Positions 18,014 through 28,886 of a stretch of DNA of 64,000 nt are shown piece after piece. How positions within the stretch are numbered: position 1 is the stretch's first letter; each line of letters begins with the position of its first letter. Under the pieces are notes generated by a model. The model saw nothing but the letters and a program-made list of their open reading frames with translations, searched no databases and was not told the DNA's origin. The position numbers were made by a program, and so were the translations under genes. The DNA is from a virus (lineage: Duplodnaviria > Heunggongvirae > Uroviricota > Caudoviricetes). The stretch lies in the IMG/VR virus record IMGVR_UViG_3300023371_000069; one strand, 5' to 3'.

Positions 18014-19249
18014 AAATGCTATGACACTTGTAGTCTTTTAGAACAAGCTGGGCATTTATTCACATCTGACGAGTACGCTTTAGTAATTACTTCAATTACT
18101 TTAGAAGAATTGGAGCATATTAAAACCGCTTCCAACAAAGACGCCGATGTGAAGTTTGCGGCCCGCAAAGTTCTAACTGACCTCGACGAACACTATGGCT
18201 CATTTGAAATTGTTCTTTACAATGACCTATATGGCGAGAAAATGCTTAAAGATGGTATCAGCCTAACTAACGACGCCAAAATCATCGCTTGCGCTCGTCA
18301 TTTTGCAGCCACACATCCAGAAGATGAAGTTATCTTTGTAACTAATGACTTAATCTGCCGTCATATCGCAAGTATGTATTTCACAACTGAAAAGGTTGTT
18401 GAGGAGGAATATAATTATGATGGTTATAAAGAAGTATTCTTGGATGAAGATGGAATGACTGAATTTTATTCCAATCCAGAAGCCAATCTATATGACCTAC
18501 ATATTAATGAATACTTGTTGGTATATAATACTGATGGCGAATGCGTGGACCGACTATGCTGGACAGGTAATGGATATAGACATTTGAGTTATAACAGTTT
18601 TAATTCTCGCTGGTTCGGAGACGTTAAACCCATGAAGGGAGACGTTTACCAGTCACTTGCGGCCGATAGCTTGATGAATAACAAGATTACCTTAGTTAAA
18701 GGACCTGCGGGTTCCGGTAAAACATTCTTGAGTCTGGCCTTCTTGATGCACAAACTGGAGAGAAATAAGATTGATAGAATCATTGTGTTCTGTAATACTG
18801 TTGCCACTAAGAATTCTGCTAAATTAGGATATTACCCTGGCACACGAGATGAAAAGCTTTTAGACTCTCAAATCGGTAATCTATTAATTAGTAAATTTGG
18901 TGGAAGACTTGCTGTTGAACAAATGATTCAGCAAGAAAAATTAGTTTTATTACCTTTGTCTGACATTCGTGGATACGATACATCTGGTATGTGCGCTGGT
19001 ATTTATATTTCAGAAGCACAAAATATGGATGTGGAGTTAATGAAATTGACTTTACAGCGTATTGGCGAAGATAGTATCTGTATTATTGATGGTGACTGTA
19101 AGACATAGGTTGACGATATTCACTTCTCTGGAAGTAATAACGGTATGCGTAGAGCCTCTCAAGTATATCGAGGCGAAGATGTGTATGGCGAGATTACTTT
19201 GAAAAATATTCATCGTTCTCGTATTGCACAAATTGCTGAAAAAATGTAA
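17999..19249 (+). CDS. phoH: PhoH/YlaK-family ATPase (PIN-like N-domain + PhoH NTPase) with in-frame TAG at 19106-19108
   Basis: GPAGSGKTFLSLA Walker A. Read through TAG, the sequence gives IIDGDCKT-Q-VDDI, matching the PhoH GDxTQxD motif. Confidence 0.7.
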
Positions 19250-19262
19250 CTTAATATATGTT

Positions 19263-19294
19263 GCGCCCTGGCGAATTTTTCGCCAGGGTTTTTT
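19263..19294 (+). terminator. rho-independent terminator
   Basis: gccctggcg-aattttt-cgccagggc followed by TTTTTT. Confidence 0.7.
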
Positions 19295-19324
19295 CATATG
19301 AAAATTTGGAAAGGAGAGAAATAA

Positions 19325-21658
19325 ATGGCGATTAAAACCTATAAAAAGGGAACTGCTACTCAATTGAGTACAAATTTTAAATCTACTGAATTTGACTGTC
19401 ATGGCTCTGGTTGTTGCTCTTCAACTTTAGTTGATGAAAATTTGGTTAAATATCTCCAAAAAATCAGAAATCATTTTGGTAAATCAGTGCATATCAATAG
19501 TGGTTTTAGATGTAAGACCCACAACGCTAATGTTGGTGGCGCATCCAAGTCCAATCATATGGACGGCGAAGCCGCAGATATTAGAATTGATGGAGTAACC
19601 CCATTAGAAATCGCTCAATATGCTGAACATATCGGTATGTTGGGTATCGGTGTTTATAGCTGGGGTGTTCATGTTGATACTCGTACATCTAAATACTTTT
19701 GGTATGATGGTGGCGCAAGTAATGTAAAAACTTTTGGTGGAAGCTTTGTGGAAGAAGATACCACTCCTACTATTGATACAAGTAAAATTGTAGATAAAGC
19801 TGCTGACCCAAAAGTTATTTGGGATTTCTTAAAATCTCAAGGATTAAATGATTATGGTATTGCTGGATTAATGGGTAATTTATATGCTGAATCTGGATTA
19901 AAACCAACTAATTTACAAAATACTTATGAAAAGAAACTTGGATATACTGATGCTGAATACACTGCCGCAGTTGACCAAAAAATTTATAAGAATTTCGTAA
20001 ATGATAGTGCTGGATATGGTCTAGCTCAATGGACTTATTACTCCCGCAAACAAAATATGTTAACCTTCCATACTAAAAAAGGTAAGTCAATTGGTGATTT
20101 AAATACTCAATTAGAGTTTTTAGTTCATGAATTAACTACAAGTTATAAGAGTTCAGTTTGGGAAGTTCTAAAATCAGCAAAATCTGTTTTAGAAGCATCT
20201 AATGCAGTATTGTTGAAGTTTGAGCGTCCTGCTGACCAAAGTACCGCTGTACAAAATAAACGAGCCTCTTTTGGACAGGGATACTATAATAAATATCATG
20301 TTAACGATACTGTTGTGGCTCCAACAGTACCAAGTCAAGGAGGAACTGGTAAGATGAAATATTCCGCATCTAATAAGCCCCTTGTATGTATGCAGACACA
20401 GAGCACTTGCTACAAGGGCACATCTAAAATGACTGTTAAGGGTGTACTGTGGCACTCTACTGGTGCTAATAATCCTAATTTAAAACGCTATGTTCAGCCA
20501 AGCGATAATGCTTCTGACAAAGCAGCCATGTTAAAACTATTAGGAACTAATACTTATAAAAACGACTGGAACCATGTATCTGTACAAGCAGGATTAAACT
20601 GCTGGATTGGTAAATTAGCTGATGGTACAGTAACTACTGTTCAAACTATGCCTTGGGATTATAAGCCTTGGGGTTGTGGTTCTGGTTCTCGTGGTTCTTG
20701 TAATAATGGTTGGATTCAATTTGAAATTTGTGAAGATAGCTTGACAAGTAAGGCTTATTTTGAAGAGACTTATAAAGAAGCTTGTGAAATTACTGCTTAT
20801 CTATGCAAAATGTATGGATTAGACCCAAAAGGCACTGTAAGTTATGCTGGAGCAACTGTTCCTGTTATTTTATGTCATGCTGATTCTCATAAATTAGGAT
20901 TGGGTTCTAATCACGGAGATGTATTACATTGGTTTAAGAAATACGGTAAAACTATGGATGATGTCCGCAATGACGTTGCCGCTTTAATGGGAAGTACTTC
21001 TCAAATTACTCCTCCAGAAGAAGAGGATGAGCCAGAAGTAGTAACTCAGCTATATCGTGTACGTAAGAGTTGGGCTGATGCTAAGTCTCAAATTGGTGCA
21101 TATACTAAATTAAGTAATGCAAAGGCTGCTTGTGATAAGGCTGGTAAAGACTATTTTGTATTTGATGGCAATGGTTTTGTTGTTTATCCTGAATCTGCTG
21201 TTGTTGTAAAACCAACTCCTGAAACTCCAACTAATACTTTAAAAGTTGGCGATGCTATTAAGCTGTTGCCTGGTGCAACTTACACTTCTGGTAAAGCAAT
21301 TCCTAACTGGGTGTTCAAATCTAAATTATATTTGAGAGAAATCCGTGCTAATACTGGTAGTTATGTATTCTCTACCCAAAAAACAGGTGCCGTAACTGGT
21401 GTTGTTGCTCCTAAGTTTGTAGTTCCCTATGACACAGTAATTGAAGGTACTAATAGCGGTGGTTCTACTTTTACTCCTTATTTGGTAAAAGTTACTGCTG
21501 ATGTATTAAATGTCCGCCAGAAGGCAACTACCTCTTCTCCAATTACCACTCAGATTAAAAATGGTGGAGTTTTCACTATTGTAGCTGAAGATGGCAAGTG
21601 GGGTAAATTAAAGTCTGGCGCAGGCTGGATTCACTTGGATTATACCAAGAAGCTCTAA
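19325..21658 (+). CDS. multidomain endolysin: M15 zinc peptidase + lysozyme-like (phage tail lysozyme family) + amidase-like + two SH3b-like cell-wall-binding repeats
   Basis: SGFRCKTHNANVGGASKSNHMDGEAADI (M15); GIAGLMGNLYAESGLKP...GYGLAQWT; CHADSH..H; C-terminal YRVRKSW..GAYTKLSNAKAA..YFVFDGNGFVVY repeats. Confidence 0.75.
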   Translation: MAIKTYKKGTATQLSTNFKSTEFDCHGSGCCSSTLVDENLVKYLQKIRNHFGKSVHINSGFRCKTHNANVGGASKSNHMDGEAADIRIDGVTPLEIAQYAEHIGMLGIGVYSWGVHVDTRTSKYFWYDGGASNVKTFGGSFVEEDTTPTIDTSKIVDKAADPKVIWDFLKSQGLNDYGIAGLMGNLYAESGLKPTNLQNTYEKKLGYTDAEYTAAVDQKIYKNFVNDSAGYGLAQWTYYSRKQNMLTFHTKKGKSIGDLNTQLEFLVHELTTSYKSSVWEVLKSAKSVLEASNAVLLKFERPADQSTAVQNKRASFGQGYYNKYHVNDTVVAPTVPSQGGTGKMKYSASNKPLVCMQTQSTCYKGTSKMTVKGVLWHSTGANNPNLKRYVQPSDNASDKAAMLKLLGTNTYKNDWNHVSVQAGLNCWIGKLADGTVTTVQTMPWDYKPWGCGSGSRGSCNNGWIQFEICEDSLTSKAYFEETYKEACEITAYLCKMYGLDPKGTVSYAGATVPVILCHADSHKLGLGSNHGDVLHWFKKYGKTMDDVRNDVAALMGSTSQITPPEEEDEPEVVTQLYRVRKSWADAKSQIGAYTKLSNAKAACDKAGKDYFVFDGNGFVVYPESAVVVKPTPETPTNTLKVGDAIKLLPGATYTSGKAIPNWVFKSKLYLREIRANTGSYVFSTQKTGAVTGVVAPKFVVPYDTVIEGTNSGGSTFTPYLVKVTADVLNVRQKATTSSPITTQIKNGGVFTIVAEDGKWGKLKSGAGWIHLDYTKKL

Positions 21659-21820
21659 TCGTTTATTATAACTCATTCTGAAAGTTTTTAATATTTCTAT
21701 TCTATTTTATAGCATGTGTGGGCGCATGTGAAAGTAGTAGCGAGCAAGATAATACCATGTAAGATAATATAGATGAAAAAATATTATAAGACAAGTAGGA
21801 ATGAGTTATTTTTATAAAAG

Positions 21821-22147
21821 GTGATGAAAATGAAAAAGAAAAAGACTGAAAATAAAATGGAATTTTCTAAACGACTATTACTCCAAGAGTCATTGTTGAT
21901 TTGGATTATTACAATCGCATTTATTATTTTAGCTTTCGTATGCGTAGCAAACCAATTCTTTGGTGAACTACCTTGGTTAGCTGCTATGTGCGGCTTCCCC
22001 TGGACCGCATATGGAGCAAGTCAAGCTTTTTATTTCAAAAAAGCGGAAAAAGAAAATACTAAAGGCGGAATTAAATATGAAACTGTTATGGCGGATTATT
22101 GTGAAGAAATTCCTCCCGAACAGTTTGATGCGTCCGCAAATGGATAA
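21821..22147 (+). CDS. membrane protein, putative holin/antiholin
   Basis: Two TM helices; located after the endolysin. Confidence 0.4.
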   Translation: MMKMKKKKTENKMEFSKRLLLQESLLIWIITIAFIILAFVCVANQFFGELPWLAAMCGFPWTAYGASQAFYFKKAEKENTKGGIKYETVMADYCEEIPPEQFDASANG

Positions 22148-22162
22148 TAAGGAGGATAAATT

Positions 22163-22567
22163 ATGGAATGGTTACCACTATTATATGAAATTTTGCAAGT
22201 TTGTGTAATTCCTCTATTGGGTGTTTTAACTGCTTACATTGTTAAATACATCAAGGTAAAGAGCGTTGAAATTCAAGCAGGTGTAGATAATGATATGGCT
22301 GACAAGTATATTGCCATGGTCGCTGATACTGTGTCTGCTTGTGTTATTGCTACCAATCAAACTTATGTTGAAGCATTAAAGAAAGAAAATGCTTTCACTG
22401 CTGAAGCACAAAAAGAGGCTTTTCAATTAACATATAATGCTGTTATGGCTATTTTGACTGATGAAGCTAAAGAATATTTGGCTGAAATCTATGGCGATGT
22501 ATCTACTTATATTACCAACAAGATTGAAGCTGAAGTAAATATTAGCAAAATCGTTCCTGTTGAATAA
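22163..22567 (+). CDS. membrane protein (N-terminal TM), lysis-cassette associated
   Basis: N-terminal TM helix followed by an amphipathic region. Confidence 0.4.
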   Translation: MEWLPLLYEILQVCVIPLLGVLTAYIVKYIKVKSVEIQAGVDNDMADKYIAMVADTVSACVIATNQTYVEALKKENAFTAEAQKEAFQLTYNAVMAILTDEAKEYLAEIYGDVSTYITNKIEAEVNISKIVPVE

Positions 22568-22573
22568 TTTTTT

Positions 22574-22613
22574 TGGGCGAGACAATCATATGGTTGTCTC
22601 GCCCTTATTTTTT
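22574..22613 (+). terminator. rho-independent terminator
   Basis: gggcgagacaa-tcatatgg-ttgtctcgccc followed by a T-run. Confidence 0.7.
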
Positions 22614-22635
22614 TTGTCCAATAAAGAAATTTTAG

Positions 22636-22664
22636 TTGATTTTCTAAAAAATCTTTGGTATAAT
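22636..22664 (+). promoter_or_regulatory. sigma-70-like promoter of the repeated family
   Basis: ttgattttctaaaaaatctttggtataat. Confidence 0.6.
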
Positions 22665-22708
22665 ATACACATAAGAAAAAATCTTAAGAAATTTGAAAGG
22701 AGAACGAT

Positions 22709-24604
22709 ATGTCAGATTATGGTGTAAAAGACATAAAAACACTAGAAGGTATCGAAGCTATCCGACTACGTCCAGGTATGTATATCGGTTCAGTTGGACC
22801 TGATGGTGTTAGACACATCACACTCGAAATCATTTCTAACGCAGTTGATGAATACTTAAACGGACATTGCACTAACTGTATTATTACGGTTGGCTCCGAT
22901 GGAGTTATTCGTATCGCAGATAATGGTCGTGGTGTTCCGTTTGGAAAAGCTGAAGATGGTAGTGAAACTCTGGTGAATGTTTATACAAAACTTCATACAG
23001 GCGCAAAATTTGATAGTGATGGTAAAACTGGTTATAACACTTCTGGTGGTATGAACGGTGTCGGTGCCAAGGCTACAAATGCTCTATCTTCTTATTTTGC
23101 TGTTGAATCTGTGCGTGATGGAAAATCTGCTTACGCAGTTTTTGAAAAAGGTGAATTGAAATCTTATGAAGAGCAACCTTTTACAAAGGGACTACACGGA
23201 ACTACAATCAGTTTCAAGCCCGATGAGACTATCTTCAAAGAAGGAATTCGTCTTGAATATGCCCCACTAAAGAAACAAATCCAAGAGCTAGCTTATCTAT
23301 CTCCTGGTATGGTGTTTAACTTCAAATATGAAGATAAAGAAGAAGAAGTTATCACTTCTCAAAATGGTATTCGAGATTATATCAATGATTTAAATAAAGA
23401 TAAAAATAAGGTAACTTCCGTATTCTATACTGAAAATATGGAAGATAGAATTGGTGTTAAGATTGCTATGCAGTATAATGATACTTATACTGATATGTAT
23501 AAGCTCTATACCAACTCTATTCCTAATAGTGCGGGAACCCACTTAACCGGTTTTAGAACCGCACTCACGCAAACTATGAATGACTATGCTCGTGATAATA
23601 AGCTCCTAAAGGAGAAAGATGCTAATATTACTGGTGAAGAATTGAAGGAAGGTTTGGTTCTGGTTCTATCCTTCATTATGCCTGACCCTGTTTTCTCCGG
23701 CCAGACGAAAGATGTTCTTTCCAGTAGTGAAGCAAGAACTGCGGTTCAGCGTTTAACCGCCCGTGAAATCCGAGTATGGCTCGACGCAAATCCCAAAGAC
23801 GCAAAAGCCATTGTTGATAAAGCACTTTTGGCACGTGCAGCCCGTGAAAAAGCTAAAAAGGCCAAGGAAACCGTTCGTAAAGTTGACAACAAGCGTCGTG
23901 TGATTATGCCTGACGTACTTGCGGATGCCAGCTCTAAAGAGCGTCACAAATGTGAAGTCTTTATTGTTGAGGGTAAATCTGCTGCAGGTACAACAATTGA
24001 AGCTCGTGACAGAGGTACTCAAGCAGTATTCCAACTTCGTGGTAAGCCGCTAAATGTTTTGAAGTGCGACCTACATAAGGCTCTTCAGAATAAAGAAATC
24101 AGCGGTATGGTTGATGCTTTTGGTTTAGAAGTTAAGGACGGTAAGATTATCGTTGATGAAACTAAGTTGAGATATGGTAAATTCATCATTACCGCAGATG
24201 CTGATGTTGATGGTTCTCATATTCGTGTTCTATTCCTAACTTTTATTTGGAAGTTCTGTCCAGACCTACTGGATAAGGGATATATTTATGCCGCTGTACC
24301 TCCACTATATAAAGCAACTATTGGAACTAAAATCCAGTATTTAAAGGATGATGCTGCTCTTGAAGAATTCCGCAAAACCAATAGTAAGAAATTTGAACTT
24401 GGTCGTATGAAGGGTCTAGGTGAAATGGACCCTGATGAAATGGCTGAAACTGTTATGAGTGCGGAGACTCGTACTTTAAAGCAGATTACCATGGAAGATG
24501 CGGCCGCCGTGGCAAATGTCTTTATGAGCTTAATGGGTGAGTCTGTAACTCCTCGTAAGAAGTTTATTGAAGATAACGCTTGGAGGGCAAATATCGATGT
24601 CTGA
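22709..24604 (+). CDS. gyrB: type IIA topoisomerase ATPase subunit (GyrB/ParE-like)
   Basis: GHKL ATPase, TOPRIM (EGKSAAG, DADVDGSHI) and tail motifs. Confidence 0.85.
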   Translation: MSDYGVKDIKTLEGIEAIRLRPGMYIGSVGPDGVRHITLEIISNAVDEYLNGHCTNCIITVGSDGVIRIADNGRGVPFGKAEDGSETLVNVYTKLHTGAKFDSDGKTGYNTSGGMNGVGAKATNALSSYFAVESVRDGKSAYAVFEKGELKSYEEQPFTKGLHGTTISFKPDETIFKEGIRLEYAPLKKQIQELAYLSPGMVFNFKYEDKEEEVITSQNGIRDYINDLNKDKNKVTSVFYTENMEDRIGVKIAMQYNDTYTDMYKLYTNSIPNSAGTHLTGFRTALTQTMNDYARDNKLLKEKDANITGEELKEGLVLVLSFIMPDPVFSGQTKDVLSSSEARTAVQRLTAREIRVWLDANPKDAKAIVDKALLARAAREKAKKAKETVRKVDNKRRVIMPDVLADASSKERHKCEVFIVEGKSAAGTTIEARDRGTQAVFQLRGKPLNVLKCDLHKALQNKEISGMVDAFGLEVKDGKIIVDETKLRYGKFIITADADVDGSHIRVLFLTFIWKFCPDLLDKGYIYAAVPPLYKATIGTKIQYLKDDAALEEFRKTNSKKFELGRMKGLGEMDPDEMAETVMSAETRTLKQITMEDAAAVANVFMSLMGESVTPRKKFIEDNAWRANIDV

Positions 24605-24827
24605 GTATCATGGATATTGGTTTTGGGATTTGGGCGATGATAAAATCATCCAAGCTCAAGATTTAATGGATGAATATTGTCTATTAAATTGCCCTCAAAG
24701 TGTTATTGGCCCATTTAAGACAGAGGCTAGTGTCAATTTATATAAAGCCGCACATCCCGATGAAAGTAAAAAATTCAATGAAATGTTGAAAGATATGGAG
24801 GAATTTTATTATGGCGAATGTAATTAA
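24567..24827 (+). CDS. hypothetical protein
   Basis: ORF only. Confidence 0.3.
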   Translation: MKITLGGQISMSEYHGYWFWDLGDDKIIQAQDLMDEYCLLNCPQSVIGPFKTEASVNLYKAAHPDESKKFNEMLKDMEEFYYGECN

Positions 24828-25047
24828 AGTTGCTCCTGGTGATACAATTTTATTCACCATTGGTGATGATGTTGATATTGATGAATATAAGGCGATTAGT
24901 GAAAAGCTAATTAGCCTATTAAATACTCCTAATATAGTTTTAATGCCTGAATATGCAATTAAAGATGTGACTGTATTTAAGCGTGAACTAACAGGAACAA
25001 GTAATATGTTTTTAGATGGAGGTTATATTTATGACCAACGCTACTAA
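24811..25047 (+). CDS. hypothetical protein
   Basis: ORF only. Confidence 0.3.
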   Translation: MANVIKVAPGDTILFTIGDDVDIDEYKAISEKLISLLNTPNIVLMPEYAIKDVTVFKRELTGTSNMFLDGGYIYDQRY

Positions 25048-25420
25048 TGTAATCTCTATGGAGAATCGTAGACAATATACTTATGCTGATACAAATAAAG
25101 CATCTATTTTTGGTGGGGTAATCGGTAAGTATACTGGTTATCCTTTCCAGGTTGTAAATATTCAACCAAATGATGTAATTTTACTTAAAATTGCTGATAA
25201 TTTAAGTTTGAGAGAGTGTCAAACAATTCAAAAAGAAATGAATGAAACTTTTCCAAATAATACAGTAATTTTATGTAATGACCACATTTTGAAGGGTATT
25301 ACAGTTCTACGAGGCGAAACTGAAAAAATTAGTGATACAGTTGATATTTTATCAACAATTGATGTAGATAAAATGTTTGAAGAACTATTGAAAGGAAACC
25401 CGAATGATTTTCTATACTGA
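25031..25420 (+). CDS. hypothetical protein
   Basis: GGAGG before the ATG at 25031. Confidence 0.35.
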   Translation: MTNATNVISMENRRQYTYADTNKASIFGGVIGKYTGYPFQVVNIQPNDVILLKIADNLSLRECQTIQKEMNETFPNNTVILCNDHILKGITVLRGETEKISDTVDILSTIDVDKMFEELLKGNPNDFLY

Positions 25421-25880
25421 TGGTTCCTGCGTTGGGAACGGAAAAGTGAACGCAAGTGGTGGTTACGGCATTGTTGGCGTTGACGAAAATGATTGTGTTC
25501 AGTTCGTCCGTGCCAAGAGAACAAATGGAACTACCAATAATAGAGAAGAATTGAAAGCTATTCTATATGTTATGCTTAATTATGGAGAAAAATGCGATGA
25601 TTGGGGCCAGCCTCCGATTGTATATAGCGACTCCGCATATTGTGTAAATACTTTCAATGAATGGATGTTTAATTGGGCAAGAAATGGTTGGGTTAAAAGT
25701 GATAAAAAAGTTCCCGAAAATCTTGATTTAATTCAAGCCTATTATGATTGGTATAAGCAAGGTTTTCGTATTGATTTGAGAAAAATCAAAGGTCATGCTG
25801 GACATGAATGGAATGAACTTGCTGACCAGCTTGCTACTGGTTATATTTCTGAGGAAGAAGCATATGCCACATATAACTAA
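25404..25880 (+). CDS. rnhA: ribonuclease HI
   Basis: FYTDGSC, TNNREEL, YSDS, GHAGHEWNELAD. Confidence 0.8.
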   Translation: MIFYTDGSCVGNGKVNASGGYGIVGVDENDCVQFVRAKRTNGTTNNREELKAILYVMLNYGEKCDDWGQPPIVYSDSAYCVNTFNEWMFNWARNGWVKSDKKVPENLDLIQAYYDWYKQGFRIDLRKIKGHAGHEWNELADQLATGYISEEEAYATYN

Positions 25881-26229
25881 GTATTCAGAAAAAATGCAAT
25901 GTATTAAACCTCCAATAGATAAGTTATGGAAAGAAGATTTGGAACGAAAATATGTGCGGATTCCAGAAGGCGTAGCAGAAGCCGCACATACTGCAGTTCG
26001 TGCCTTAGCTATTCCACCTTATATGCTTGAGAGGTTACGAGAACTTCCTACTCAATATTCATATATGACACCAGAAGATAAGTGTAGTATTTTTGATTTA
26101 GTTGAGGAAGTTATTAGTAATACAATGAAATCGAATTGGACAGAAGAAAATTTTTTGAAAGATTTTGTAGAGATAAAGGAGGTTCCTTATGGGAGATATA
26201 ATTCAGACTCCGATTATCGGGGAAGTTGA
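25863..26229 (+). CDS. hypothetical protein (overlaps the gyrA start)
   Basis: ORF only. Confidence 0.25.
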
Positions 26230-28564
26230 GCAAAGTTTCCTTGATTATAGTTTGAGTGTTATTACCGATAGAGCCATCCCTTCAGCGGAAGATGGTTTGA
26301 AACCTGTTGCTCGTCGTATTCTTTGGGATATGTTCGATAAGGGTTATCATAATAATAAAAAGTTTGTAAAATGTGCTCAACCAGTCGGTGATACGATGGG
26401 TCGTTTCCATCCTCACGGCGATGCTTCTATTTATGGTGCGTTAGTGTGGTTGAGTCAACCTTGGAATATGAGATACCCTCTTATCTCTTTCCATGGTAAT
26501 AATGGTTCACGTGATGGATACGAGGCTGCAGCTTATCGTTATACTGAATGTAAACTATCTAAAGCAGGCGAAGAAATGCTTGCTGATATTAAGAAAGATA
26601 CTGTCGATTGGCAATTAGCATATACCGATGTGGAAGAAGAGCCAGTCTATCTGCCTGGTCGTATTCCCAATTTGATTGTGAATGGTACTTCTGGTATCGC
26701 AGTTGCGATGGCTTGTAGCTTCGCACCTCACAATTTAAATGAAGTTATGGATGCGGCAATCCATGTAACTCAAAACCCTAATTGTGATATTAAGGAAATT
26801 TTGAATTACATTTCCGGACCTGATTTCCCAACTGGCGGATTAATTATTAACAAAGACGAATTACCCGCAGCTTATCTAACAGGTAAGGGCAGAGCAAGAA
26901 TCAGAGGAGAGTACAAAATTGAATCTGATAAACGTGGCGATAGTATCGTCTTTACTTCCATTCCTTATAAGGTATCTAAAGAAGACCTTGTAAAGGAAAT
27001 TGATAAGCTTTGTGAGGAAGGTAAATTGGAAGGAATTACTACCATCCGAGACGAAAGTAACAAAGATGGTGTGCGTTTCGTTATTGAATTAGCAAAGGGA
27101 ATTTCTGCTGAACCTATTATCGCAAAGTTGTTTAAATTAACTCGCTTAGAGGATACTTATAGTTTCAATCAGGTTGCTCTGGTTGAGAAGAAACCTCAGC
27201 TTTTGAATATTAAGCAACTTTTGGAAATTTATATTGCTCACCAGAAAGATGTTCTGTTGAGAAAAACTAAATATGAAGCTAATAAAGTTGCGGCTCGTAT
27301 TCATATCTTGGAAGGTCTGTTGAAGGCTCTTGAAGATATTGACAATATCATTGCTCTTATTAAGAAGAGCGAGTCTGCGGCAGCTGCTAAGGTTGTTCTT
27401 ATGAACCAGTATGGTTTCTCTGAAGCCCAGGCTAAGGCGATTCTTGATATGAAGCTTTCTAAGTTGGCAAAATTAGAGAAAGTTGAGATTGAAAATGAAA
27501 GAGCTGAGCTTATATCTGAGTTAGAGAGACTACAGGGAATTCTGCAAAATCCAACGCCAGAGTTAGTTAAGGGTTTTACAGAACTTAAAAAGACTTATGG
27601 CGACGCTCGCAGAAGCACTATAACTCAGGTTGCTTCCACTAAGGAAGAGAAGGAAATCGAATTCGTCGAGCCAGAGAAGTGTGTTGTTATTATGACTGAG
27701 GGTGGTCTCGTTAAGAGAATTCCTGCAACTAGCTTCCGTACCCAGAAGCGAAATGGTAAGGGTGTAAAAACTCAAGATGATATTACTCATGCAGTAATTC
27801 GTACTAATACGATTGACTCTTTGATGATTTTCTCTGATAAGGGCAAGATGTATCGTCTACTTGTCAATGATGTTCCAGTAGGAACCAATGTAAGTAAGGG
27901 TCAGTCTATCAAGTCCCTAATCAATATGGATATGGATGAACAGCCTGCTGTAATGTATTCTATTTATAGAGATACTGATGCTGCATATGTATTGTTCGTA
28001 ACTAAAAATGGATTAGTTAAGAAAACAAGTCTTGAAGAATATGTTAAGACTAAGAAAAAGACTGGCATTGCAGCAATTACCATTAAAGATGGTGATGAGC
28101 TTGCCGCAGTATCTTTGGTTAAGGACGAACAGTTAATCCTGGTAACTAAGAATGGTATGGCAATTAGATTTGATTCTAAGGAAGTAAGTCCTACTTCTCG
28201 TGCCACTTCTGGTGTAAAGGGTATTAACTTGGGTGCCGATGATGAAATTGTCGCCGCAATTCCTGTCCGTAATACAAATGATAAATTGGCAATCTTCGTT
28301 AATGGTGGATACTGTAAGAAGTTTGGTCTTGACGAACTTCCTCTCCAGAAGAGAGCAGGTAAGGGTCTGATGTGTTATAAGCCTACTGATACTACTGGTA
28401 AAGTGGTTGCGGCAACCCTTGTTGAAGATAGTGATTGTGTATTGATTTTGGGTGATAAGAGCAGTATTTGTATCGAAGCATCCGAAATTCCAAACCTTGG
28501 TAGAGCTTCTATTGGCAATGTTGTTATCAAGAATAGTAAAGTTCTATCTGTAAGTAAGGTATGA
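26189..28564 (+). CDS. gyrA: type IIA topoisomerase DNA-cleavage subunit (GyrA/ParC-like) with C-terminal beta-pinwheel repeats
   Basis: SFLDYSLSVITDRAIP, QPVGDTMGRFHPHGDASIY, repeated GxKGI-type blades. Confidence 0.85.
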   Translation: MGDIIQTPIIGEVEQSFLDYSLSVITDRAIPSAEDGLKPVARRILWDMFDKGYHNNKKFVKCAQPVGDTMGRFHPHGDASIYGALVWLSQPWNMRYPLISFHGNNGSRDGYEAAAYRYTECKLSKAGEEMLADIKKDTVDWQLAYTDVEEEPVYLPGRIPNLIVNGTSGIAVAMACSFAPHNLNEVMDAAIHVTQNPNCDIKEILNYISGPDFPTGGLIINKDELPAAYLTGKGRARIRGEYKIESDKRGDSIVFTSIPYKVSKEDLVKEIDKLCEEGKLEGITTIRDESNKDGVRFVIELAKGISAEPIIAKLFKLTRLEDTYSFNQVALVEKKPQLLNIKQLLEIYIAHQKDVLLRKTKYEANKVAARIHILEGLLKALEDIDNIIALIKKSESAAAAKVVLMNQYGFSEAQAKAILDMKLSKLAKLEKVEIENERAELISELERLQGILQNPTPELVKGFTELKKTYGDARRSTITQVASTKEEKEIEFVEPEKCVVIMTEGGLVKRIPATSFRTQKRNGKGVKTQDDITHAVIRTNTIDSLMIFSDKGKMYRLLVNDVPVGTNVSKGQSIKSLINMDMDEQPAVMYSIYRDTDAAYVLFVTKNGLVKKTSLEEYVKTKKKTGIAAITIKDGDELAAVSLVKDEQLILVTKNGMAIRFDSKEVSPTSRATSGVKGINLGADDEIVAAIPVRNTNDKLAIFVNGGYCKKFGLDELPLQKRAGKGLMCYKPTDTTGKVVAATLVEDSDCVLILGDKSSICIEASEIPNLGRASIGNVVIKNSKVLSVSKV

Positions 28565-28836
28565 GAACGATTTATTTCAGACCAAGTATGCCTATCGTTG
28601 AGTCGGGACGAGAAATGTCCCGACTCTATGAGTGGTTTGGCGAACAAAATGGTATTGAAATCAGAATGAACGATTTTACTTTTGCTCAAATTTTACATCG
28701 AATTAATATAAATCCAAATGATAAAATTATGTTTTTTGATGAACCTATGTTTGTATATGGTTATAGAGTCCAATTAGTAGAAGATGTTCCAGATTTTTAT
28801 GTCAATATATTTGACTTCAGTGATTTCTGGAGTTGA
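28561..28836 (+). CDS. hypothetical protein
   Basis: ORF only. Confidence 0.35.
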   Translation: MRTIYFRPSMPIVESGREMSRLYEWFGEQNGIEIRMNDFTFAQILHRININPNDKIMFFDEPMFVYGYRVQLVEDVPDFYVNIFDFSDFWS

Positions 28837-28861
28837 CAAAATAAAAAATTTTTTCTATAAT
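28833..28861 (+). promoter_or_regulatory. sigma-70-like promoter (TTGACA-17-TATAAT)
   Basis: ttgacaaaataaaaaattttttctataat. Confidence 0.6.
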
Positions 28862-28886
28862 ATATATGTAATTAAGGAGAATAGAA

